From an uncultured Candidatus Saccharibacteria bacterium (GTDB lineage Bacteria; Patescibacteriota; Minisyncoccia; Phycocordibacterales; UBA9973): a stretch of DNA of 33,787 nucleotides. Positions 7,896 to 15,711 of the stretch are shown here, one piece after another (the first letter of the stretch is position 1; every line of letters begins with the position of its first letter). Position numbers and translations under genes: made by a program. The notes beneath the pieces were generated by a model. That model did no database searches, was not told where the DNA came from, and worked only from the letters and a program-made list of their open reading frames with translations. The stretch spans positions 9,216 to 43,002 of the forward strand of contig CAYJCX010000001.1 of NCBI GenBank assembly GCA_964368775.1, given 5' to 3'.

Positions 7896-8051
7896 AGCTT
7901 GGCATATTGACGCGCAGCCAGACTGGTTTTAAAAGCTCTAAATAGTCTAAATTTTTGGTTATCCACTGTTCTTTTTAGGGTCAAATTTTGGTATTATGAT
8001 AGTCCAAGCGGATAAGTCCGTATTAGTCGTTAATATAATTTTACAAGTCCT

Positions 8052-10589
8052 ATGTCGATCAATATAACCCATCGTGACGGTACAAAAGAACCGTTCAATG
8101 CTGACCATATTAACCGCTCTATTGAAAGAGCAGCTAGTGGTCTTACTGATATTACTTCAAAAGTAATGCAAATAGCTTCTGAAACAGAGCTGACTCTATA
8201 CGATGGTATTACGACAGACGAACTTGATATTGCTACAATTAACGCTGCTCTCCAAAATGCCCAAGAAGACATAGAATTCGACAAAATTGCGACACGACTT
8301 CTATTAAAGGTGATCTATAAAAGAGTTTTAGGGACATACGACGAAGAACACTTTGCAGATTTACACAGTGAAGGTTTTAAAAAGTTTATTTTAGAAGGTG
8401 TAGAAGCTGGGATGCTTCATACAGATCTTGCATCCAAGTTTGATCTAGATAGATTATCAAAAGTTTTGGATACATCATTTGATGAATTGTATTATTATTC
8501 AGGTCTTTCTTCTATGCAAAATCGTTATCTTACAAAAGGTAAAGATGGTCATGCAGTTGAGACTCCTCAATATTTCTGGATGCGTATCGCGATGGCTATG
8601 GCTGTAGTAGAAAAAGATCCAAACACTTGGGCAGAAAAGTTTTATGCAAAGATGTCTAAATTGGAATATCTTTCTGCTGGGTCTACAAACATCGGCGCGG
8701 GTACAAATAAATCTAGTTTGTCCAACTGTTATCTAATGGAAGTTCATGACGACATGGAACACATTGGTAAAACAGTTTCTGACGTTTTACTTCTTTCTAA
8801 AGCAACAGGTGGTATTGGTCTGTCTGTCACAAAACTTCGTGCAGAAGGTAGTCTTTTGTCATCTAACAACACTGCTTCAAGTGGTCCAATTCCATTTTTA
8901 CATATCATAGATTCTGCAGTTCGTGCCGTACAACGCGGAGGAAAGAAAAAGGGGGCACTATGTTTCTACATGGAAAACTGGCATCTTAATTTCCAAGACT
9001 TTTTAGATCTAAAGCAAAATGCTGGGGATGACTACCGTCGCGCTCGTACTGCCAACACTGCTGTATTTATATCTGACGAATTTATGCGTCGTGTTAATGC
9101 CGGACAAGACTGGTATCTTTTTGACCCTAAAGATGTAAAAGATTTAAACGAACTTTATGGTGATGCTTTTTCAAAGCGCTATAATGAATACTGCGCTATG
9201 GCAGAAGCAGGTGAGATCAAGCTATGGCAGAAAATGCCAGCATCTCAACAATACAAAAATATTATTGTAATGCTTGAGACTACTTCACACCCATGGCTAA
9301 CATGGAAAGATACTATTAATGCTCGCGCTCTAAACAATAATACTGGTACAATCCACTGTTCTAATCTTTGTACTGAAATTACATTGCCGACTGACCGTGA
9401 TAATGTAGCAGTTTGTAATTTAATCTCAATCAATCTATCAAAACATCTTAACGGCAAAGAAATAAATTGGCCATTGCTAGAAGAATCTACTCGTCTTGCT
9501 ACACGTCAGCTAGATAATCTTATAGACGTAAACAAGCCGCCGATAGAAGAAGCTAAGCGTGCAGACAGTGAGAACCGTGCTGTAGGTCTGGGTCTTATGG
9601 GATTCACTGACACAATCGAGCGTATGGGATTTTCTTACGAAGATCAAGAAGCTTATGATGTTGCTGACAAAGTTTTTGAATTTATTTCATACTGCGCAAT
9701 TGATGAATCTGCAAACTTGGCAGCGGAACGCGGAGCTTATAAAAATTTCCCTGGTTCAGGATGGTCACGCGGTATGGTACCAGTAGACACATTAGCTGTT
9801 CTTGAATACGAACGCGGAGAAGAATTAACTGTTCCAAAAGTCGCAGCGCTTGTTAATCCAATTGTTGACTGGGATAAATTGCGCGCTAAAGTAAAAAATG
9901 GAGTTCGTAACGCTACAGTTATGGCAATAGCGCCAAATGCTAACATTGGTCTTGTTGCTGGAACTTCTCCTGGTATAGACCCACGTTTTGCTCAAATGTT
10001 TTCTAGAAATAAAATCTCTGGAAAATATTTAGAAGTAAACCCAAACCTGGTTCATGATTTAAAGAAAGAAAATCTTTGGGATAAAGTATGCTCGAAAATC
10101 TTAGCCAACCAAGGAGACATTAGTGAAATTTCTGAAATTCCTGACCACATCAAGCACATTTACAAAACATCTTTCTCTGTATCACCGTATGCTTTTATCG
10201 AAGTAGCTGCTCGCGCCCAAAAATGGGTAGACCAAGCAATCTCTCGAAACATGTATCTTGAAACTCGCGATATTGATGAAGTTACAAAAATTTACAATGT
10301 AGCATGGCAAAAAGGTCTTAAGACGACATACTATCTACATATGAAACCTCGTCATACTGCAGAGCAAAGTACTGTGTCTGTAAACAAATCTCAAAGTATG
10401 GGTAAAATTGGTTTCGGAGCTCTAAAAATGAAATCTTTGCCAGTACAAAATATTGAATCTGTTGACCCTATTATTACTACTGATGCTCAATCTGATGTAG
10501 TAATACCGGCTCATAACGACCAGCCTGTAGTCAAAGTTCATGCACCTGTTGACCCACAAGAAGCTTTGATTTGTGACGGTTGTCAATAA
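8052..10589 (+). CDS. nrdA: Ribonucleoside-diphosphate reductase alpha subunit (class I) with N-terminal ATP-cone
   Basis: ATP-cone (ITHRDGTKEPFNADHINRSIERA), active-site NLCTEI, C-terminal redox pair CDGC, and an adjacent nrdB. Confidence 0.95.
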   Translation: MSINITHRDGTKEPFNADHINRSIERAASGLTDITSKVMQIASETELTLYDGITTDELDIATINAALQNAQEDIEFDKIATRLLLKVIYKRVLGTYDEEHFADLHSEGFKKFILEGVEAGMLHTDLASKFDLDRLSKVLDTSFDELYYYSGLSSMQNRYLTKGKDGHAVETPQYFWMRIAMAMAVVEKDPNTWAEKFYAKMSKLEYLSAGSTNIGAGTNKSSLSNCYLMEVHDDMEHIGKTVSDVLLLSKATGGIGLSVTKLRAEGSLLSSNNTASSGPIPFLHIIDSAVRAVQRGGKKKGALCFYMENWHLNFQDFLDLKQNAGDDYRRARTANTAVFISDEFMRRVNAGQDWYLFDPKDVKDLNELYGDAFSKRYNEYCAMAEAGEIKLWQKMPASQQYKNIIVMLETTSHPWLTWKDTINARALNNNTGTIHCSNLCTEITLPTDRDNVAVCNLISINLSKHLNGKEINWPLLEESTRLATRQLDNLIDVNKPPIEEAKRADSENRAVGLGLMGFTDTIERMGFSYEDQEAYDVADKVFEFISYCAIDESANLAAERGAYKNFPGSGWSRGMVPVDTLAVLEYERGEELTVPKVAALVNPIVDWDKLRAKVKNGVRNATVMAIAPNANIGLVAGTSPGIDPRFAQMFSRNKISGKYLEVNPNLVHDLKKENLWDKVCSKILANQGDISEISEIPDHIKHIYKTSFSVSPYAFIEVAARAQKWVDQAISRNMYLETRDIDEVTKIYNVAWQKGLKTTYYLHMKPRHTAEQSTVSVNKSQSMGKIGFGALKMKSLPVQNIESVDPIITTDAQSDVVIPAHNDQPVVKVHAPVDPQEALICDGCQ

Positions 10590-10618
10590 AATAAATATAT
10601 AAATTTATTAATAAAATA

Positions 10619-10637
10619 ATTCACGGATTCCGTGAAT
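10619..10637. repeat. Inverted repeat ATTCACGGA-T-TCCGTGAAT between nrdA and nrdB
   Basis: Perfect 9-bp arms around one central base. Overlaps the candidate GTG start of nrdB (10632). Confidence 0.9.
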
Positions 10638-11660
10638 GGATTAAATATGCTTTTAGGAAAGCCAGCCCCAGCCGATACAACCCTGCACCCAATGCAACAC
10701 AAATGGGCATACGATTTGTATCAACAAGCAGTTCGTAATACTTGGTTCCCACACGAAATCGCTCTTGGTGAAGATCTTGCTGATTGGAAAAAAATGACAG
10801 ACGACGAAAAGCACGCTTTGTCTTTTCTAATGGCATTCTTTAATCCAGCAGAGCTTATTGTAAACCGCTCACTAGCACTGGGAGTATATCCATATGTCAA
10901 AGCTCCAGCTGCACATCTTTATTTAGCAAAACAAATGTGGGAAGAAGCAAACCACTGTGTTGCTTTTGAATACGTGCTAGAAACATTTCCACTAAACCGT
11001 GAAGAAGTCTACAAGGTTCATTTGGAAACTGAAAGTATGAAAGCAAAAGAAGCTTTCATTGAAAAATATCTAGTTCGCATGACTGAGACAAATCTAGATA
11101 TTGAAACAGTTGCTGGTAAAAAAGATTTCATTCGTAATCTTGTAGCTACAAATATAGTTATGGAAGGAGTCTGGTTTTATACTGGATTTATGGTTGCGCT
11201 TTCTTTCCGTCAGCGTAATTTATTACGTAACTTGGGTTCTATGATTAACTGGGTTGTACGTGATGAATCTCTTCATTTGAAGTTTGGAATTGGTCTTATT
11301 ATGAATGGTTTGGAAGAAAACCCAGAATTATTGACTGAAGAATTTGCAGAAGAAATCCGCGGTATTGTCATAGAAGGAGTAGATTTAGAATGTAACTATA
11401 ATAAAGATTTATTCCCACGCGGAATTCTTGGACTTAATGCCGACTATGTAAACCAGTACGTGCAATTTATTGCAGACCGACGTCTTGAAGAATTAGGATT
11501 GCCACCACACTATAATGTATCTAATCCTGCAAAATGGATGTCTACAGCAAATGATGTGTATGAATTGGTTAATTTCTTTGAAGCACAAAATACTTCATAC
11601 GAAGTTGATGCATCAGGTCACAATAATACTAAAAAAGAAGACGAAAAGCCTGCGGAGTAG
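10632..11660 (+). CDS. nrdB: Ribonucleotide reductase beta subunit (R2), class Ic-like
   Basis: Di-metal ligand motifs EEANH, VMEGVWFY and RDESLH, with Phe at the radical-Tyr position. Start uncertain: GTG 10632 or ATG 10647. Confidence 0.9.
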   Translation: MNGLNMLLGKPAPADTTLHPMQHKWAYDLYQQAVRNTWFPHEIALGEDLADWKKMTDDEKHALSFLMAFFNPAELIVNRSLALGVYPYVKAPAAHLYLAKQMWEEANHCVAFEYVLETFPLNREEVYKVHLETESMKAKEAFIEKYLVRMTETNLDIETVAGKKDFIRNLVATNIVMEGVWFYTGFMVALSFRQRNLLRNLGSMINWVVRDESLHLKFGIGLIMNGLEENPELLTEEFAEEIRGIVIEGVDLECNYNKDLFPRGILGLNADYVNQYVQFIADRRLEELGLPPHYNVSNPAKWMSTANDVYELVNFFEAQNTSYEVDASGHNNTKKEDEKPAE

Positions 11661-11665
11661 CTCAA

Positions 11666-11696
11666 GAAAAAGCCTTTTTATAAGGGCTTTTTTATT
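11666..11696 (+). terminator. Weak rho-independent terminator after nrdB
   Basis: aaaaagcc...gggctttttt imperfect hairpin followed by a T-run. Confidence 0.5.
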
Positions 11697-11710
11697 TGTT
11701 CGAATCGCGC

Positions 11711-11716
11711 TATATT
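11711..11716 (+). promoter_or_regulatory. -10 box TATATT 6 nt upstream of ATG 11723
   Basis: Read directly. It lies just after the nrdB terminator. Confidence 0.4.
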
Positions 11717-11722
11717 GGGTGT

Positions 11723-12475
11723 ATGAAACTAGCTGATATTCTAATTCACGAAGACGAATCCATAATGGTTATAAACAAACCAGCGGGTCTTACTGTACAC
11801 CCAGACGGCAAAGCCGATTTCGACACATTGTCAGAAATGCTTTTAAAAGAGCGCCCAGAAATCAAAAATGTTGGTGAACCAATAACTTTGGATGATGGGG
11901 CTATAATTATGCGCCCAGGAATAGTGCATAGACTAGACCGTGATACCAGTGGGGTAATTATTGTTGCCAAAACTGATGAAGCCTATAAGCATTTAAAACA
12001 GCAATTCCATGACCACACTGTAAAAAAACACTACCGCGCCCTAGTTATTGGGACATTTAGGTCTCCCCGGGGTGTTGTAAAAGAGCCTATTGGAAGATCT
12101 AACCAAGATATTCGTAAATGGGCAGCAGGGGTGCATGCACGCGGCGAAAAGAAAGAAGCTGTAACGCGCTATATGGTCCGAAGCAGTGCCAAAGTGATAA
12201 GTTCTGAAGGAGAACACACTAGCGTCTCTGATGTTGATGTATACCCAGAAACAGGCCGTACGCACCAAATCCGTGTACACCTGCAGTACATTCAGCACCC
12301 AATATTAGGGGATGTTTTGTATGCTGCATATTTGCCAGAATTACTAAATATGAAAAGACAAGCCTTGCATGCTGAAGACATTACTTTTGTCCACCCAACT
12401 ACAAACAAAAGCGTGCGTTTTATTGCTCCATTGCCAGCTGACTATTTAAACGCCCTAGAATTAATGAAGAACTAG
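11723..12475 (+). CDS. RluA-family pseudouridine synthase (no S4 domain)
   Basis: Motifs VINKPAGLTVHP and the catalytic HRLDRDTSG, plus GRTHQIRVHL. ATG 11723 is preferred over the TTG at 11696. Confidence 0.9.
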   Translation: MKLADILIHEDESIMVINKPAGLTVHPDGKADFDTLSEMLLKERPEIKNVGEPITLDDGAIIMRPGIVHRLDRDTSGVIIVAKTDEAYKHLKQQFHDHTVKKHYRALVIGTFRSPRGVVKEPIGRSNQDIRKWAAGVHARGEKKEAVTRYMVRSSAKVISSEGEHTSVSDVDVYPETGRTHQIRVHLQYIQHPILGDVLYAAYLPELLNMKRQALHAEDITFVHPTTNKSVRFIAPLPADYLNALELMKN

Positions 12476-12476
12476 T

Positions 12477-12914
12477 ATGAAGGAAATGATGAGTTTTTCT
12501 AAAATTGAGAAGAAAAGTCCTGCTCAGTTAGAATTAGAACAACAGGCATATTATAAAGATCTTGTTCAGGATGTTTATAATGAGTTTTCTACTTTTGAAA
12601 GACTTATTGATTTCAAGGGAATGAGCGATGAAATATTTTTTGAAAAGATTCAAAGTTACAACCTAAAAACTTTCGAAGAATATAATAATTCAAGGAATAA
12701 AAATTTTGATGAGAGTCTGGTTAACAAATATTATCCCGGGTTTATTAAAAACTTTGATAATATCGTTGAAAAAATTAAATCTAATCAATTGGGCCGTAGT
12801 GAAATAAAACCTTTGATTGAGCATTTGTATAATCTAACAAATAAGCCACTTCCAAATATTAAAGAAATAGAGAGAGAATTATTAAAAGAAAATAAGGAAT
12901 CTATCGCCGCATAA
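12477..12914 (+). CDS. Hypothetical protein (145 aa, Lys/Glu/Asn-rich)
   Basis: ORF abuts the rluA stop (TAGTATG) and ends 4 nt before tmk, so it appears operonic. No recognisable motif. Confidence 0.5.
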   Translation: MKEMMSFSKIEKKSPAQLELEQQAYYKDLVQDVYNEFSTFERLIDFKGMSDEIFFEKIQSYNLKTFEEYNNSRNKNFDESLVNKYYPGFIKNFDNIVEKIKSNQLGRSEIKPLIEHLYNLTNKPLPNIKEIERELLKENKESIAA

Positions 12915-12918
12915 TTTT

Positions 12919-13617
12919 ATGAGAAAAGGAAAACTAATTGTTATTGACGGTACAGATGGGTCAGGTAAGGCAACTCAGGTTGAATTACTGCGCGCTCGTT
13001 TAGTTAAAGAAGGTTACAAAGTTAAGACTGTAGATTTTCCTGAATATTATAAAAATTTCTTTGGTGAATTTATCGGGCATTGTTTGGCGGAACAGTATTA
13101 TAATTGGGTTAATATACATCCCAAAATTGCATCAGTAATTTACGCAGCGGATCGATTTGAATCAAAAGAACAAATAGATAAATGGCTAAAACAGGGTAAT
13201 GTAGTTTTAGCGAATCGTTATGTTTCATCTAATCAAATCCATCAAGGTGGTAAAATTACAGATAGTAAGAAACGCAAAGACTTTTTAAAATGGCTAGATA
13301 AAATGGAATTCGAAGTTTTTAAAATTCCACGCCCCGACGTAGTATTTTATTTAGAAGTCCCAATAAAGGTAACACAACATTTGGTTGAGATTAGAAATAA
13401 GACAGAGAAAGCCCGTGCTTATCTCAAGGGTAAGAAAGATCTAGTAGAGAATGACTTGGTTTATTTAGAAAAATCTCGTAAGTCTGCTCTGAAACTAATC
13501 AAAGAATTGAATAACTTTATAAAAATATCTTGCGTCAAAGGCATGAACATGCGCGAGCGCGGGGACATTCACGAAGACGTTTATAAAGAAGCTAAGAAAG
13601 TAATAGGTAAAAAATAG
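12919..13617 (+). CDS. tmk: Thymidylate (dTMP) kinase
   Basis: P-loop IVIDGTDGSGKATQ, then DFPEY...AADRFE and a lid region, the typical Tmk layout. Confidence 0.85.
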   Translation: MRKGKLIVIDGTDGSGKATQVELLRARLVKEGYKVKTVDFPEYYKNFFGEFIGHCLAEQYYNWVNIHPKIASVIYAADRFESKEQIDKWLKQGNVVLANRYVSSNQIHQGGKITDSKKRKDFLKWLDKMEFEVFKIPRPDVVFYLEVPIKVTQHLVEIRNKTEKARAYLKGKKDLVENDLVYLEKSRKSALKLIKELNNFIKISCVKGMNMRERGDIHEDVYKEAKKVIGKK

Positions 13618-13618
13618 T

Positions 13619-14176
13619 ATGGAAAAACACAAATTAGTTATTATTCATGGGGCAATAGGGATAGGTAAGCTTACTACAGCTATGGCCTTGCAAAAAAAGA
13701 CGGGCTATAAATTACTTCATAATCACATGGTGATTAATCTTGCAGAAGAAATTCTTCCAAGAGGTGAATTTAATAGATCTGACTTAATCCTAAAAATCTT
13801 TAAAGATTGTCTAGAATCTGCTAGTAAGTATAAAAAGAATATTATTATAACTCATGCATATTCTAGTACTTTTGCTTATAAGACTGGGGTTACTGATAAA
13901 TTTTTTATAAAACAATTAGCTAAAGCCTATGAAAAATATGACGGGGAAGTTTGTCCTGTATTTTTGTCTTGTGATTTAAAAGTTGTACTTGAGAGATCTG
14001 TTTCTCCTGATAGAAAAAAACATAATAAAATGACGAATAAAAAAGAGCTCAAAGCAATTTTAGATAAAGATGATTTCGTAACCCCTGGACCATTTAAAAA
14101 TAATTTTGTAATAGATAATGAAAAACTATCTGCACAAAAGGTTGCTGATCAAATAATAAAACACTTTAATTTGTAA
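13619..14176 (+). CDS. P-loop NTPase / small-molecule kinase-like protein (substrate unknown)
   Basis: Walker A-like HGAIGIGKLT at the N-terminus and a size of about 185 aa, typical of nucleotide/shikimate-type kinases. Starts 1 nt after the tmk stop. Confidence 0.55.
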   Translation: MEKHKLVIIHGAIGIGKLTTAMALQKKTGYKLLHNHMVINLAEEILPRGEFNRSDLILKIFKDCLESASKYKKNIIITHAYSSTFAYKTGVTDKFFIKQLAKAYEKYDGEVCPVFLSCDLKVVLERSVSPDRKKHNKMTNKKELKAILDKDDFVTPGPFKNNFVIDNEKLSAQKVADQIIKHFNL

Positions 14177-14179
14177 TAT

Positions 14180-14210
14180 AAAAACCGTCCCGCAATGCGG
14201 GACGGTTTTT
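14180..14210. terminator. Bidirectional rho-independent terminator between convergent genes
   Basis: 9-bp GC-rich stem ccgtcccgc / gcgggacgg, loop aat, with aaaaa upstream and ttttt downstream. Confidence 0.9.
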
Positions 14211-14213
14211 ATA

Positions 14214-14735
14214 TTAGTTTATTAAATTAGAATAAATAAAATTTACTATTGGGTCTATTTCTGGTCCATAGACAATACTTGCTCCCAGGGCTCCGGTTAT
14301 TGTAACTGCAACTATTCCAGCCAAAGCCAGCAATACCATTAATGGTCGCATGAATAAGATCTTTTCTGCGAGCATTATTTTAAATCTCCAAATCTTACCC
14401 AGTGCGCTTTCAAGGGGTAATTTTATAATATCGCTTTTGTGTAGCCAAACTATTAAATACACTACTGCAATAATTCCAAAGATTACATTTGTTGCTCCAG
14501 CCCAAAAGCTATGAACTTCAATTAAATTATGAAATTGTGGAAAAAGATCTTCTATTGCTTCGCCGCTACTAGCTGCAATTAGGCCACCAGTAAACCCAGC
14601 AATAACTAAAACTGCTTTTGTATAAAATATCCAAAATATAGAACGTACTCTTTTAAAAGAAATTATTTCTAAAAAGGCGTATAAAACTAAGAACGCAATA
14701 GGAAAATGTACTAGCAAAGGGTGAATATTACTCAT
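14214..14735 (-). CDS. DUF2231-like integral membrane protein
   Basis: N-terminal HPLLVHFPIAFL motif and four to five TM segments. Confidence 0.6.
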   Translation of the reverse strand: MSNIHPLLVHFPIAFLVLYAFLEIISFKRVRSIFWIFYTKAVLVIAGFTGGLIAASSGEAIEDLFPQFHNLIEVHSFWAGATNVIFGIIAVVYLIVWLHKSDIIKLPLESALGKIWRFKIMLAEKILFMRPLMVLLALAGIVAVTITGALGASIVYGPEIDPIVNFIYSNLIN

Positions 14736-14741
14736 ACTTTA

Positions 14742-14747
14742 ATAATA
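14742..14747 (-). promoter_or_regulatory. -10 box TATTAT (minus strand) 6 nt upstream of ATG at 14735
   Basis: Reverse complement of ataata at 14742-14747, spacer taaagt. Confidence 0.35.
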
Positions 14748-14776
14748 CGCTTGTTTAATATAGAATACAATTATAT

Positions 14777-15199
14777 ATGCAAATCAAGATAAAAAGACTA
14801 AAAGAAGATGCAAAGCTTCCAACCTATGCTCACCCAGGGGACGTAGGTATGGATATGTATGCCATGGAAACCGCAGTAATAAAACCAATGGAACATTATA
14901 GATTTTTCCATGGCTTTGCTTTGGAATTTCCAGTTGGTTTTGCGGCAATAGTAAAAGATAAAAGTAGTATTTCTAAAGCCGGTCTTCATACTATGGGCGG
15001 CGTATATGACGCAGGTTATCGCGGAGAATATAATACACATTTAGTAAATTTATCTGGGAAAGACTATACAGTAGAAAAAGGAGACAAAGTTTCGCAGCTT
15101 ATAATATATCCCGTCACAATTGGCGAATTGGTAGAAGTAGGCGAGCTTGAAGATTCGGATCGTGGCACGGGCGCATTTGGTTCTACTGGTAAAAAATAA
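14777..15199 (+). CDS. dut: dUTP diphosphatase
   Basis: LPTYAHPGDVGMDMYA, GVYDAGYRGE, the motif-5-like C-terminus RGTGAFGSTG, and a 140-aa size. Confidence 0.93.
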   Translation: MQIKIKRLKEDAKLPTYAHPGDVGMDMYAMETAVIKPMEHYRFFHGFALEFPVGFAAIVKDKSSISKAGLHTMGGVYDAGYRGEYNTHLVNLSGKDYTVEKGDKVSQLIIYPVTIGELVEVGELEDSDRGTGAFGSTGKK

Positions 15200-15214
15200 A
15201 ACAAAAACAGCAGG

Positions 15215-15466
15215 CTATATGCCTACTGGTCCTTGTTTCTTTTTTAGATCATTTCCGTTTTTTCTTTTAGGGTCTTTTTTTGTGCCTGATTCTTCTTGTT
15301 CTTCTATGTCAGTGTCTTCTTCTATTTCGTCTGGTTCCACTGGTATTACAACTGGCTCAGGTTCTGGTTTAGGTTGGGGAATTGGTTCTGGCTGTTCTTT
15401 ACCTTTGCCTCCATCGGCTACTATTTCTGTATCTGGTTTCTTTATCGTAAATAATCTTTCTATCAT
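15215..15466 (-). CDS. Hypothetical Pro/Glu-rich low-complexity protein (83 aa)
   Basis: Fits the dut-ileS gap exactly. The competing plus-strand ORF overlaps dut. Low-complexity sequence, so coding status is uncertain. Confidence 0.35.
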   Translation of the reverse strand: MIERLFTIKKPDTEIVADGGKGKEQPEPIPQPKPEPEPVVIPVEPDEIEEDTDIEEQEESGTKKDPKRKNGNDLKKKQGPVGI

Positions 15467-15486
15467 AGATGTGATTATAGGGCTTA

Positions 15487-15515
15487 TTTACATACCCTGT
15501 CAAATAGGGTAATAT
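15487..15515 (+). promoter_or_regulatory. Sigma-70-type promoter of the ileS leader (TTTACA-17 nt-TAATAT)
   Basis: -35 at 15487-15492, 17-nt spacer, -10 at 15510-15515. Positioned just upstream of the T-box leader. Confidence 0.5.
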
Positions 15516-15523
15516 ATGAATAT

Positions 15524-15699
15524 AAGCGTTATTAGGGGCTATCAACCTCAAGCTTTGGGAAGAACGCTTGCATTGCAAGCTATTAGAACCCAATAAACGA
15601 GTCCTGAATTATTTCAGGAAAACCAAGGTGGTACCACGGGCTCAAAACTCGTCCTTGCATTATAACTTTTGTTGTAGTGTGGGGACGAGTTTTTATTTT
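15524..15699 (+). promoter_or_regulatory. T-box riboswitch leader (Ile) controlling ileS
   Basis: T-box sequence CAAGGTGGTACCACGGG at 15624-15640. The antiterminator has A1 caagg/ccttg, a 7-nt bulge TGGTACC and A2 acggg/ctcgt. A competing terminator is present. Stem III hairpin tcctgaa/ttcagga at 15602-15619. Candidate specifier ATC-A at 15541-15544. Confidence 0.85.
15647..15699 (+). terminator. T-box terminator hairpin
   Basis: actcgtcc (15647-15654) pairs with ggacgagt (15683-15690), followed by ttttatttt. The 5' arm is shared with the antiterminator. Confidence 0.8.
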
Positions 15700-15711
15700 A
15701 ATTAATTATTT

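Noticed and set aside
7819-8051. NrdR operator or B12 riboswitch upstream of nrdA
   Set aside because: No 16-bp NrdR-box-like palindrome was seen, and no B12-box or long conserved riboswitch architecture. The class I nrdAB enzyme does not require cobalamin. Only the pentamer repeats are reported, as a low-interest finding.
15147-15512. 121-aa plus-strand ORF overlapping the 3' end of dut and running into the ileS leader promoter
   Set aside because: It overlaps a confidently called gene in another frame, has Ser-rich low-complexity composition, and is the mirror of the minus-strand Pro/Glu-rich ORF. It is most likely a shadow frame.
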